DNA from: an uncultured Candidatus Peribacteria bacterium
GTDB taxonomy: Bacteria > Patescibacteriota > Gracilibacteria > Peribacterales > Peribacteraceae
DNA length: 62,048 nucleotides
Reading direction: 5' to 3'
NCBI GenBank assembly: GCA_964428205.1
Contig: CAYRXE010000002.1
Coordinates: 1-62,048, forward strand
Shown here: in pieces, positions 41,396-50,847 of the stretch
Layout: every line of letters begins with the position of its first letter
Position numbering within the stretch: the stretch's first letter is position 1
Notes under the pieces: generated by a model
Seen by the model: only the letters and a program-made list of their open reading frames with translations
Told to the model about the DNA's origin: nothing
The model's database searches: none
Made by a program: the position numbers and the translations under genes

Positions 41396-44300
41396 CTATA
41401 GGTTTTCAAACTCACTAATGAAACCACGCAGGATAAAGGAATTTCGAAGTTCATCGGCCTTTTTTCTGGCCGCATCATCACCACTACTCAGGGCTTTGCG
41501 GATGATCTCTTGTGCCTCTTTCATGTACCCATGCAAACCCCACTCTGCACTATCCTTCCCATTCGCAATCATCTCTAGACACTCAACACAGAGCAACGGA
41601 TGACGGTCTGTAAGCTCAGCCAGTTTCTGGGCCACTTGGTGGTCCATCTCTATATCCTCAGCAATAGTCAGAGCCTCTTTTAGCTGTTCAAGTGACCACT
41701 TCTCCTCGAATTTCCCCGATATAATCCACCATCCGAATGACATCATCTCTTTACTAAAGGCTTTTGGGTCAGGACTCTTCTTTGCGATATCTAACCTATG
41801 GTTCCACAAATCCATAGCGAGTTTCAGTTCTTCAGATTTAGGCTCACTGTCGCGTTCAAACATCTGCCCTATGCATCCTATGGCAACTCCTCTCAACTCA
41901 TCAGATGCGCTTTCAAGAAATCGGGGCAAAAGACCATCTGAGGAATCGAGTGCTATGTCACCAGAGATATATAAAGCCATAAGATGTCCCGCTAAATGTT
42001 CATCAGGCTCTCTAAGCTGACGAGGGTTAATATTGGAAGTAGTACCAATGAGTCCGACTGCACTCGCATATTGTGTCTTCAAGCCCTCGAAAACCGTGCC
42101 AAATACTCTATTTAGAATATAGCTAAACCATGCTGCGTCTCTCAGATTTTTCTGTGAGGGGTCTGTAGGAAAGATTTTGTCAGCAGAACCTCGCGCCCAC
42201 GAACGATCTAAGTAGTGAAGCGAGGGGAAATAAAGCCCGTACACTGACCTCACTGCGAGTGAGGGGTCAATTTCAGGATTTAGATGTCTATCAAGTATCT
42301 GCTTCACCTCTGACATCTGATTAAAAGAGCCGGCTGCACGAGCTGTCTCATCGATATTTAGTCCTCTGAAAAGCCAAAGTGCGTAGAGAATGACATTCTC
42401 TATTGATTGGCCACGCACAGAGTTTATTGCAATGTGACGAGGGTCAAATTCACCGCTTTCTAATTTCTCATGATCAGGTTTTGGGTCTGGGTCTTCAGCG
42501 AGTTTCTCAATGATCTCCCAAACCTCTTTTCTCAGTGATACCGGAATCTGTTTATCGTGTTCTCTTATGCCGTCTTCTATAAGTCTCGCTATTTGCATGC
42601 GGCACCAGTTCCAGCTTGGGTCGATGTCAAAAGACCTAGGATCCCTACCTGGAATTTCGTGTCCTTGGTCTATAGCCCAAGAGCACAAGCCGAGAACATT
42701 CGTCCAATCGAACGACTTTTTCTTCAGGGCTTTCTGAAAACCATCGAGTAATGATCGAACATATGTCGCCTCAAGTCCCCTAAACTCCATTGCATGCTTC
42801 GCGTAATACTCTGGGTCTTCGACTACTAAAGCTGCCAGCTCTCCTCCTAAGCCCCTTGGCGTAGGGTCGTCCCATTCTCCTGAAGGCTGCCACGTTCTTA
42901 GATGTTCAATCAGCTTTTCAAGGCTAAGTGCCTTCAATTCATCGCGAGTTAATGGCGTCCTTTCTCCGGTACGAGTGGCAAAGCGGGGCGGCTCCTCGTC
43001 TTCGGGCTCACCATACTTTGTAATGAGTCTCTCGCACTCTGTCTTCAGAGCACCTTGTAGGACAGAACGAAAAGGGAATAGACGATCTAATTTCCATTCT
43101 TCGACATATTCTACAACTTCATCATCTGTTAGTTCCGCGCCCCAAAATTCGCGATGCCGCTTCTTCTTCGCCTCAACATCTGGTCCAGTATCTGTAGATT
43201 TGAGAAGTGCCTCTACCTCAGCTTGAGTAAGGAGTTTTGCGTGAACATTAGCTAGAAGATCATATTCTCTCCTGATCCCATCGTCCCCCAACAAGGCCTC
43301 ATCGCCTAGGAACTTTGCGACCAAATCTCTCGGAGGATTACTCAGCTGACTAAGAATAAATAAGGCGATGCGTCTGTGTGCTGTCCACTTACGTTTCATA
43401 AGCACATCAATCACAGGCTCGATATTGGCTGGGTCTTTGTTCACAAGAGATACCCCTGCATCGCGAACTCCTGTCATCAGGTTGTTGCAGAATTCTCTCG
43501 TGAAGTGGCGTTCTTCTCCGGCTATATGATGTCGCCAGATCTTTGAATGATCTGTGTATGGTTCGGCCTTTTCATACTTCTGCATCATCTGACCTAAACC
43601 CTCAGCCAGCGCACCACAGAGGATTTCAAACGCAGGTATTCCAACGGTATTGATAACCTCGGGCATCGCTGAATCGATAACGGCATCAAAGGAGTACATC
43701 TCAATAACCGCCTGAGGGTCACGCTTTAATTCCGCTTGCTCTTTAGTTTGAGGAGCTACTCGAATAACCAACTTAGTTAATTCCAATGCCTCTTCAGCGC
43801 ATCCTCCTTTGGCAATGTGCTTTAGGAAATCTGGAAGACGATGATGTATCAGGTTATTCGGCAGAGATATCCACTGCTCTACATACTTTGCTAACCGCGC
43901 TGCCTTTGATGCGGGAAGAGCCGTGGCGGCTATTAGAATATCTCTCACCACGAGGATGTTCTTTGTCTCTGACACACTCTCAAGTATCTGTGCCACCTCT
44001 TCGCTCACTTCCTCCTCCTTCGCTACTCGCGCAAGATACTTCAATGCTGGCCAATAGTTAGCATTCCCGTTTGATTCAATTCCAGGTGGGTCGTCGAAGA
44101 ATCCTGCTTTTCTTAGTGGCACCACCCATTTTGGATGACTTAAATTTTCAAAGAAGTATCGCATTAGAACAGGACTATTTGGAATGGTGCTCTTCAAGAG
44201 CTTCAAATCTTCCTTCGAGGGTTCCGCGTGCTTAAGAATTTCTGTTAATTGCTTAACAAATAGGCTGTATCTGTGTTCAAGTTCCGTAAGTAGAATTCTG

Positions 44301-44848
44301 AGAAAATCCTGAAACTCTTTCCAAATTCGCCGAAGCTCATCATCAATTGGCTTTGGCTTACCAAGAGCATTGCGATGCGCGCGCTTATGAAGGCGTCGCT
44401 TGGGCTTCAGCAGACTGAGCCAGAATTTTCCAATTGGCCCATCTTTATCCCAACCATATGAACGTAGTATTAATCGGATTTCTGCTCTGTGCTTCCCATC
44501 CTCCTCACCTCCGGAATATTTTTTGATCTTTTCACGCATCCAATTAAACAACTTTGAAATCCAGTTCTGCTTAGAGGCTTCTGCAGAACTTTCTATTGGA
44601 CCAAGGCATATATCCCTCAGGGCACTCTCCAGCTCGCGTAACATATGAGCAACAAGGTGGGAGGTGTGTTCAAGAGGTGGATTTAGAGTCATCATCCGAC
44701 AGACATCCTTGAAGGCAGAAGCAGGTCCAAGTCCGGCAACTTCAAGCAGACGTTCGTATAGATCTAACTGACTTTGATCTTCAAACTGATAGTTCTTCTT
44801 ATCATCAGGTAGTGCCGATGCCGGAACTTCATCAGCCATATTATCCAT
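41396..44848 (-). CDS. Large (1150 aa) orphan, all-helical soluble protein (island cargo)
   Basis: Uninterrupted 3.4-kb ORF, visibly more AT-rich than the flanks. No TM segment and no catalytic motif recognised. The N-terminal segment HLVAHMLRELESALRD faintly resembles DUF4145-type modules. The rest looks like HEAT/ARM-type helical repeats. Confidence 0.85.
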   Translation of the reverse strand: MDNMADEVPASALPDDKKNYQFEDQSQLDLYERLLEVAGLGPASAFKDVCRMMTLNPPLEHTSHLVAHMLRELESALRDICLGPIESSAEASKQNWISKLFNWMREKIKKYSGGEEDGKHRAEIRLILRSYGWDKDGPIGKFWLSLLKPKRRLHKRAHRNALGKPKPIDDELRRIWKEFQDFLRILLTELEHRYSLFVKQLTEILKHAEPSKEDLKLLKSTIPNSPVLMRYFFENLSHPKWVVPLRKAGFFDDPPGIESNGNANYWPALKYLARVAKEEEVSEEVAQILESVSETKNILVVRDILIAATALPASKAARLAKYVEQWISLPNNLIHHRLPDFLKHIAKGGCAEEALELTKLVIRVAPQTKEQAELKRDPQAVIEMYSFDAVIDSAMPEVINTVGIPAFEILCGALAEGLGQMMQKYEKAEPYTDHSKIWRHHIAGEERHFTREFCNNLMTGVRDAGVSLVNKDPANIEPVIDVLMKRKWTAHRRIALFILSQLSNPPRDLVAKFLGDEALLGDDGIRREYDLLANVHAKLLTQAEVEALLKSTDTGPDVEAKKKRHREFWGAELTDDEVVEYVEEWKLDRLFPFRSVLQGALKTECERLITKYGEPEDEEPPRFATRTGERTPLTRDELKALSLEKLIEHLRTWQPSGEWDDPTPRGLGGELAALVVEDPEYYAKHAMEFRGLEATYVRSLLDGFQKALKKKSFDWTNVLGLCSWAIDQGHEIPGRDPRSFDIDPSWNWCRMQIARLIEDGIREHDKQIPVSLRKEVWEIIEKLAEDPDPKPDHEKLESGEFDPRHIAINSVRGQSIENVILYALWLFRGLNIDETARAAGSFNQMSEVKQILDRHLNPEIDPSLAVRSVYGLYFPSLHYLDRSWARGSADKIFPTDPSQKNLRDAAWFSYILNRVFGTVFEGLKTQYASAVGLIGTTSNINPRQLREPDEHLAGHLMALYISGDIALDSSDGLLPRFLESASDELRGVAIGCIGQMFERDSEPKSEELKLAMDLWNHRLDIAKKSPDPKAFSKEMMSFGWWIISGKFEEKWSLEQLKEALTIAEDIEMDHQVAQKLAELTDRHPLLCVECLEMIANGKDSAEWGLHGYMKEAQEIIRKALSSGDDAARKKADELRNSFILRGFISEFENL

Positions 44849-44918
44849 GTCAACTTATCATGAACTGGTTCTCTGTCTATGTGCTTTCTTTCCAGCAGTG
44901 GGAAGCCATAATTTTTCT

Positions 44919-45311
44919 ATGCGAACGACTCCCAACAAGCGCAGCAAATCCCTAGAGGACAAGATCATGAAGCATATCAGGAATGGCGCGACACTCTCCG
45001 ATGCTCCTAAGCTCGAAGGAATTGATGAGTCCTCCTTCCGTCGATGGCGAAAGTGTAAAAATGATCAGGCTACCGGAGAGGGTACCCTTCGAGATAAACG
45101 ATGTTGGGACTGTGCGAACTGTGATCTGCAAAGACGATGTGATGAGGCTGAAGTCGGCTTCAAGCAGGAGTGCATTCAGACCGTACATAAAGCGATGACT
45201 AGGAATTGGAAAGCAGCGGCGTGGTTTCTTGAGCATCGTTATAGAAATGATTACAGCCTCAAATCTACAGTCGAGGCTACTGCGGAAGTAGATGTGATCG
45301 ACCGAGGATGA
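44919..45311 (+). CDS. Phage-type HTH protein (terminase small subunit-like)
   Basis: ATG 44919. IRNGATLSDAPKLEGIDESSFRRWRK (HTH) and the C-terminal WKAAAWFLEHRYRNDY motif, which I associate with phage small terminase/HTH proteins. Confidence 0.6.
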   Translation: MRTTPNKRSKSLEDKIMKHIRNGATLSDAPKLEGIDESSFRRWRKCKNDQATGEGTLRDKRCWDCANCDLQRRCDEAEVGFKQECIQTVHKAMTRNWKAAAWFLEHRYRNDYSLKSTVEATAEVDVIDRG

Positions 45312-45327
45312 GGAGATCCAAGCCGAG

Positions 45328-45526
45328 GTGGTTGTGGAGTACTGCGTCCACTTCCTGTTGAACGTACACAAACTCTGGGAGAAAGCAGCTACAGAGGACA
45401 AGTATCGCCTGCAATCGCTTTTGTTCCCGGACGGAATTTCACCCGCCCATCTTGAGGGCAAGCAAACCCCGAAATTATCTCCTGTGCTAGAGACAATCTC
45501 TGGTTTGAAGAATGGTCGAAAGCGTT
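45328..45526 (+). pseudogene. Possible C-terminal remnant of a site-specific (serine) recombinase
   Basis: LWEKAATEDKYRLQSLLFPDGI resembles recombinase C-terminal tails (..LQKLIFPEGI..). There is no catalytic part, and the ORF reads through into the tRNA antisense. Confidence 0.3.
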
Positions 45527-45601
45527 TGGCAGGCCCACGGAGAATCGAACTCCGATTAGCGGACTGAAAACCCGCTGTCCTAACCGTTAGACGATGGGCC
45601 C
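45527..45601 (-). tRNA. tRNA-Glu (anticodon UUC), CCA encoded
   Basis: The reverse complement is GGGCCCATCGTCTAACGGTTAGGACAGCGGGTTTTCAGTCCGCTAATCGGAGTTCGATTCTCCGTGGGCCTGCCA. Anticodon stem GCGGG/TCCGC, loop TTTTCAG. Confidence 0.9.
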
Positions 45602-45655
45602 GTAAAAGAACGTGCGGGGAGTGTACCAGCGGTATCTCCGCTTTTGGAGAGCTCT

Positions 45656-47233
45656 TTAGAACTTTCTCCAAGGCATCTCAATCTCGTCCAAAGGCACGTC
45701 ATCCAGGGCTTTTGGAGCCTCTCCAGCACTTGCAGCCGGTGGGGCGACAGCAATATCGGCGTCGCCACCGCGGTGGAACAGACCCAGGATGGCTTTGCGC
45801 TTTACGAAGGCGTAGGCCAGTAGGAGCAAGGCAAGGAGGCTACCTGTTGCAACCAAAAGCATGGGGCGCATTTGATCAAAGCTACTTTCGGGAGCGGCAG
45901 GCAACACACGCCTACAGTCGGTACCACACACGCTGCCTGGCGAACCGTTGGCCGGACCACTGTCACACTCTTCGCCATCATTCACGATGCCATCACCGCA
46001 CACTGCAGGGCCGGCAGGGGCGCTGCTGACTTCGGATGAAGAAGCAGCTTCGCTCGAGAGAGAAGACTCAGACGATGATGCGACAACCGAAGACGAACCC
46101 GTTCCCGTCGTGGTGCCTGTTCCGGTTGCAACCGAACTCACTGCACTGCTGCTCGAGACGGCATCTCCACCCAAGCAACGCACAGTCGTCCACACAGGTT
46201 CTGTTTCATTATCCGTCTCATCATTTTCTACAACGTTACCCGTGATAGTTGCATACGCCTGTACCGACCTCTGTACGCAGCTCGGGGAGGGGAGGAACAC
46301 GAAGTTGAGCTGGATCACCTTGGCTTCTGCCGGGCTCAAATCAATGCCCGTACAACGAACCGTCACACCGGTAAGACGGCAGGTGCCACCGCCACTTGCG
46401 GCTTCCAAGTTAAAGCCGCCGTAGCCTCCGTAGTTCACCAGGTAATCGGTTACCACAATGTTCTGTACCGGTTGAGATGAGTAGTTCCGAATGATCATGC
46501 GGAAGATGGCGTTTTGTCCTGTCTGCACGGCGAGCGGACCTTCCATGGCAATGCTCAAGCCCGTACGTGCAACAGAAGAAGCTGCAGAAGATGCGCGGCT
46601 GCTGCGTGCGCTGCTTGCCGGAGCGCTACTCGCAGGCGTGGAAGCAGTGCTACTTCCGCCGCCAGTGGTTCCTGCAAAACTCGATGATGCGGTGACTGCT
46701 TCGCTGCTGCTGGATCCCGTCAGCTGTTCTCCGGATCCCGAAGCCTGACACGCATCCAAGAACTGCATGGTGCAGCCACCGGAACACATGCCGTCTTCAT
46801 CACAACTTGGGGGCGTGCAGTAGTTACCACATTGCTGTGCCGTAAAGACACGCTCAACCATCAGCTCATCTCCACTACCGGTCTTGCGGTAGTACTCTGC
46901 AGCTTCGGGTTCACACTCTTCGTTTAAGTCCGAGTTGATCACACCATCTCCGCAGTAGCGCAGACGACACAGTGCCGAGCAGGCGTTTCCCGGCTTACCG
47001 TTGTTACTGCCGTTGTCACATTCCTCATCGGTATCCAACTTGCTGTTTCCACAGGTCGACGGTGCACTTGTGCTGCTTCCTTTAATGAGAGGACAACCTG
47101 TGTACCCGTACGGCTTACCGTCACAGTCATCAGCGATACTCGCAAAGAAGAAGCCCGTCTGCTGGGCGAGAACTCCCACGAGGAGTCCTGCTGTTAGTAC
47201 GAGAGCTAGTGAGAGGCCGTGGGCCTTCTTCAT
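45656..47233 (-). CDS. Surface protein with Cys-rich CGDG..EECD repeats, DUF11-like domain, Ser/Thr-rich linkers and C-terminal TM
   Basis: ATG 47233 with signal peptide MKKAHGLSLALVLTAGLL. Repeats CGNSKLDTDEECDNG, YCGDGVINSDLNEECE and VCGDGIVNDGEECDSG. TM segment LLVATGSLLALLLLAYAF. Confidence 0.8.
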   Translation of the reverse strand: MKKAHGLSLALVLTAGLLVGVLAQQTGFFFASIADDCDGKPYGYTGCPLIKGSSTSAPSTCGNSKLDTDEECDNGSNNGKPGNACSALCRLRYCGDGVINSDLNEECEPEAAEYYRKTGSGDELMVERVFTAQQCGNYCTPPSCDEDGMCSGGCTMQFLDACQASGSGEQLTGSSSSEAVTASSSFAGTTGGGSSTASTPASSAPASSARSSRASSAASSVARTGLSIAMEGPLAVQTGQNAIFRMIIRNYSSQPVQNIVVTDYLVNYGGYGGFNLEAASGGGTCRLTGVTVRCTGIDLSPAEAKVIQLNFVFLPSPSCVQRSVQAYATITGNVVENDETDNETEPVWTTVRCLGGDAVSSSSAVSSVATGTGTTTGTGSSSVVASSSESSLSSEAASSSEVSSAPAGPAVCGDGIVNDGEECDSGPANGSPGSVCGTDCRRVLPAAPESSFDQMRPMLLVATGSLLALLLLAYAFVKRKAILGLFHRGGDADIAVAPPAASAGEAPKALDDVPLDEIEMPWRKF

Positions 47234-47316
47234 ATGCAGGCGAGTGTACCAGCAGCCTACTCTTCGTGCATCAAGTCCTATGGTGCCATCCATCATTTTG
47301 GGTTTAGGATTGGTTC

Positions 47317-48297
47317 ATGGATGCCCAGCACGTCATTTTCGTTGATGTAGACCCCGAGGATCGAGCGTTGGTGGAGTCTCGATTCCCAGGTGCGCGAATC
47401 CATTCTCATCTATCAGAGCAGGATCTTCGCAAAGAACTCTCCGGAGCCGAGGTACTGTCGGTCTTCATTCAAACACCAGTGAAAAAGCCTTTGTTGGATG
47501 CCTGTCCGTCATTGCGATTGGTGTGTACGCGCTCCGTTGGCTTTGACCACATTGATCTCGCAGCCTGCAAAGAGCGAGGGATTGTCGTCTGTAACGTACC
47601 GGACTACGGATCTCACGTGATTGCCGAGCATGTCTTTGCCCTCCTCCTTTCCAATGTTCGTCATATAGAAGAAGGAAGTGCGAGAGTGGAAGGCGGTCAG
47701 TTTGATTATCACGGTTTGCGAGGTATGGCATTGCGCGGCAAGACTATTGGTATCGTGGGGACAGGAAAAATAGGCAGAAGGGTGGCGCAAATGGCTCATG
47801 GCTTTGGTATGCGCATTATCGCGTCCGATGTTTGCAGGAACACCGATCTCGAAGATTTGTTGGGTGTGAAGTATGTCGCTCTCGATGATCTTCTCAAAGA
47901 AGCAGATGTCATCACACTGCACGCACCCGATCTCCCCGAAACACACCACATGATCAATGCCAAGTCCCTCGAGGGAGTGAAGCAAGGCGCCATTCTCGTG
48001 AACACCGCGCGCGGCGGATTGATTGATTCTCAAGCGCTGCTGGCAGCACTCAATGCCGGCAAACTGCGTGCAGCGTTGTTGGATGTATTGGAGCACGAAC
48101 AAAACTTTGCCGAGAATAAAGAACTTGTGACACACCCTCTCGTTGTCACGACTCCGCACATTGCGTTCTATGCCGACGACAGCATGCGCAACATGTATCT
48201 CGATTGTTTCGATTCCATCGATCAGTGGAGTACGGGCAAGACGCCCGATCATGTCGTACGTCCCCAGCCAATTGTGTGTGATGTCAAACCGGCATGA
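47317..48297 (+). CDS. D-isomer-specific 2-hydroxyacid dehydrogenase
   Basis: GKTIGIVGTGKIGRRVAQMAHGFGMRIIASD (NAD fold), LVNTARGGLID and TPHIAFY. Confidence 0.9.
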   Translation: MDAQHVIFVDVDPEDRALVESRFPGARIHSHLSEQDLRKELSGAEVLSVFIQTPVKKPLLDACPSLRLVCTRSVGFDHIDLAACKERGIVVCNVPDYGSHVIAEHVFALLLSNVRHIEEGSARVEGGQFDYHGLRGMALRGKTIGIVGTGKIGRRVAQMAHGFGMRIIASDVCRNTDLEDLLGVKYVALDDLLKEADVITLHAPDLPETHHMINAKSLEGVKQGAILVNTARGGLIDSQALLAALNAGKLRAALLDVLEHEQNFAENKELVTHPLVVTTPHIAFYADDSMRNMYLDCFDSIDQWSTGKTPDHVVRPQPIVCDVKPA

Positions 48298-48341
48298 TGA
48301 CGCAGGGGATGCCCATCTGATACCATCAGTTCTCGATACCT

Positions 48342-48797
48342 ATGACGTTTGAGCAACGATTCCACAGCCCCGGGTTTTCTCTCATAGAGCTTCTCTTGGT
48401 GATCGCCATTATGGCGCTCCTCATGTTCGTGACACTCCTTGCACTCAACCCCACAAAGCAACTCGCTGATGCACGCAATGCTCAGCGTCAGACAGATGTG
48501 AACGTGATCATCAATGCCACGCACCAGTATCTGGTTGATAACGACAACCTTCCTATTGGAATTCCTCTCAGCACCAGCGCAGAAATTTGTCGTTCCGGAG
48601 CTGCAGGTCAGCCTTGTACCAATGGCGTGCAACTCGATCAACTGATCCCGACCTACATTGCCGATATGCCGCACGATCCCTTGGCACCTACTACGGGAAC
48701 GGGAACTCGCTATTGGATTGTGAGGGATCCTGCCGATCGCGTAACCGTGGTGGCACCGTATGCGGAGAGAGGAAAAAATATTTACATGACACGCTAA
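48342..48797 (+). CDS. Type IV pilin-like / pseudopilin protein
   Basis: Prepilin leader ending in G, then FSLIELLLVIAIMALLMFV (N-methylation motif with Glu5). Confidence 0.85.
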   Translation: MTFEQRFHSPGFSLIELLLVIAIMALLMFVTLLALNPTKQLADARNAQRQTDVNVIINATHQYLVDNDNLPIGIPLSTSAEICRSGAAGQPCTNGVQLDQLIPTYIADMPHDPLAPTTGTGTRYWIVRDPADRVTVVAPYAERGKNIYMTR

Positions 48798-48801
48798 TCC
48801 C

Positions 48802-49314
48802 GTGCTGGCCTGGGTCTACATTGGCCTGGCAACACTCCTCACGGTTGGGCTGATTATCACGGTGATCCATCACTGGATTTTGGAGACTCCCTACGTGCGC
48901 ACGTCAAAGTCTGTTGCTCGATCTATGGCTACTTTCGTGGGTTTGGAACCGGGGCATTCTGTCTATGACTTGGGAGCAGGGGATGGATCGATTCTCCTCG
49001 AGGCCAAGAGTTTGCAGCCGAAGATTCACGCAACAGGCGTAGAGGTTGTGCCTCTCGTGTGGTTCCTCGGATGGCTCCGCACGCGTGCCAAAGGTATTCA
49101 CTTCCTCCTCAAAGATGCGCGGAAGGTGAACCTCAAAGATGCCGATGTGCTCTTCTTGTACATGACCCCGCACATGCTCAAAGAGCTCACACCCGTGTTA
49201 GGGACTCTCAAGAAAGGAGCCAAAGTAGTCTCACGCGCGTTTCACCTCCCTGGTCGAACACCGGATGCAGAGCGTACGGAACACGGGGCTAAGATGTTCC
49301 TGTACCGTTTTTAG
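48802..49314 (+). CDS. Membrane-anchored class I SAM-dependent methyltransferase
   Basis: GTG start, N-terminal TM, motif I VYDLGAGDGSILLEA. Confidence 0.75.
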   Translation: MLAWVYIGLATLLTVGLIITVIHHWILETPYVRTSKSVARSMATFVGLEPGHSVYDLGAGDGSILLEAKSLQPKIHATGVEVVPLVWFLGWLRTRAKGIHFLLKDARKVNLKDADVLFLYMTPHMLKELTPVLGTLKKGAKVVSRAFHLPGRTPDAERTEHGAKMFLYRF

Positions 49315-50728
49315 TTCGGATCTTCCACGCGGCGATCAACCCGTAACTCACCACAATCCAGAGGAGTCCTGGCTGCCATTCAATGCTCGCTCCAGGGATG
49401 TTTGCGATCACTTGGGTCACCCGTACCACCCATTGCGTGAAGGGGAGACTCGTCAGGGCAACGATAGATCCCAGCGCCGGGGAGATGAGCCCCAGCAACG
49501 TCGCGATGGCACCGGTTGCCATAGCAAAGGGAATAGCGGGGAGAATGAGGAAGTTACTGAGGGGAGAAATGATCGAAAGTCTCTCGAATGCAAACAGGAT
49601 CCACGGGCTCGTGAGCACTTGAGCGGCCAATGTCGTACGTACGCTCTCTTCGATACCCATCACGTGAGGAAGAATCCTCTTAGTCCACGGTGCAATCAGC
49701 TCCGAGAACTCCATGAGTCCTGCAAGCGCAAGAAAGGAGAGGTGAAACCCGCTGTCCCACCAGAGTTGGAGGGGATTCCAAGCGGCCATACCGGCGAGTG
49801 TCCACAGCATGGAGAGTCGGAGGATCTGTTCACGACCAGAAGTAAGTGCGAGGAGCCCCAGTAATCCCATGATGCATGCTCGTACCACCGAGGCACTCGC
49901 TCCGGTGAAGAGCGTAAAGATGATCAGCACTGCCGCGCACGGGAACACACGCACCTTGAGGGGTAACCAGAAGAAGATCGCACTCAAAAGCAGCAAGATC
50001 ATCGTGATGTTGTACCCAGAGATGGCCAAGATGTGCGTGAGGCCTGTGGTTTTGAAGTCTGCTTGGAGGCTACTCGGGATCATTCCTCGAGAACCGGTGA
50101 GTAAACCGATGATCAGAGACGCATCTGGTTCCGGGAAGATACTATTGATGGTCTTTTCGACGTGCATCTTACTGCCTTCGAGTGCTCTAAACGGACTCCA
50201 GGAGCCAGATTTACGGCTTACCATAGCCATATTCTCCAGAGCGCATTCCATGCCTTGGCTACGCAGGTAATGCCCATACGAATCATCCTCAAGCGGCAGA
50301 ATCTTGCCCCTCACAAGCATCACATCACCGTACTGGAGACCAAGAGAATCACGTGTTTTCGCAAGAAGTGTCATGCAGGTATGCCCATCATCGTGAGTGC
50401 GAGTGCGTTCCAAACGAATCAGGTACCCATCGATGCGACGCTCACTGCCAAGCACCCTTGCTGTCATCTCCACTGGTCCTTCGGTGATCACTTTGGCGAG
50501 ACCAGGCATCACAAAGCTCGCTCGAAAGAGTGCGAGTACAGCAGCACCAAGAATCACACCGCTGATGAGGCCATACGATCTCTCCCACGCGATCAAGAGG
50601 GCTACCCACACACTCGAAAGTACGAGTATCACCCACACATACTCCGTGAGCGAGGGGACAACGCAGGTGACGAGCAACATCACCACAAATGAGAGCAGTC
50701 CGAGGGAGATGAGAGAGGAGTTCTTCAC
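49289..50728 (-). CDS. comEC: ComEC/Rec2 competence channel protein, short form without metallo-beta-lactamase domain
   Basis: 479 aa. TGLTHILAISGYNITMILL is the core competence-domain signature. The protein is multi-TM. It overlaps the convergent methyltransferase gene by 26 nt. Confidence 0.85.
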   Translation of the reverse strand: MKNSSLISLGLLSFVVMLLVTCVVPSLTEYVWVILVLSSVWVALLIAWERSYGLISGVILGAAVLALFRASFVMPGLAKVITEGPVEMTARVLGSERRIDGYLIRLERTRTHDDGHTCMTLLAKTRDSLGLQYGDVMLVRGKILPLEDDSYGHYLRSQGMECALENMAMVSRKSGSWSPFRALEGSKMHVEKTINSIFPEPDASLIIGLLTGSRGMIPSSLQADFKTTGLTHILAISGYNITMILLLLSAIFFWLPLKVRVFPCAAVLIIFTLFTGASASVVRACIMGLLGLLALTSGREQILRLSMLWTLAGMAAWNPLQLWWDSGFHLSFLALAGLMEFSELIAPWTKRILPHVMGIEESVRTTLAAQVLTSPWILFAFERLSIISPLSNFLILPAIPFAMATGAIATLLGLISPALGSIVALTSLPFTQWVVRVTQVIANIPGASIEWQPGLLWIVVSYGLIAAWKIRTKNGTGTS

Positions 50729-50817
50729 CTCAAGAGCATCTCAGGTACTCACTCACAATTATCATATGAGATGCATGTATTCTTTACTTAACGCTCTAAA
50801 AATCTGACATGCTAAAC

Positions 50818-50847
50818 AAAAAAACGGTTCTCACTTTCTCAAGAACG
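50818..50847 (-). terminator. Weak terminator after rsmA
   Basis: On the minus strand, ACGTTCT..AGAACCGT forms a hairpin with one bulge, followed by TTTTTTT (A-run 50818-50824 on the plus strand). Confidence 0.4.

Larger units (their letters stand above)
41396..45601. mobile_element. Probable decayed integrative island at the 3' side of tRNA-Glu(UUC)
   Basis: tRNA 3' end at 45527, followed by a recombinase-tail remnant, a phage-type HTH/terminase-small-like gene and an AT-richer orphan giant. I found no flanking direct repeat, so the left border is a guess. Confidence 0.45.

Noticed and set aside
44952-45671. 239-aa - strand ORF
   Set aside because: It runs through the tRNA-Glu(UUC) gene and is antisense to the HTH gene. 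The translation has no protein-like features.
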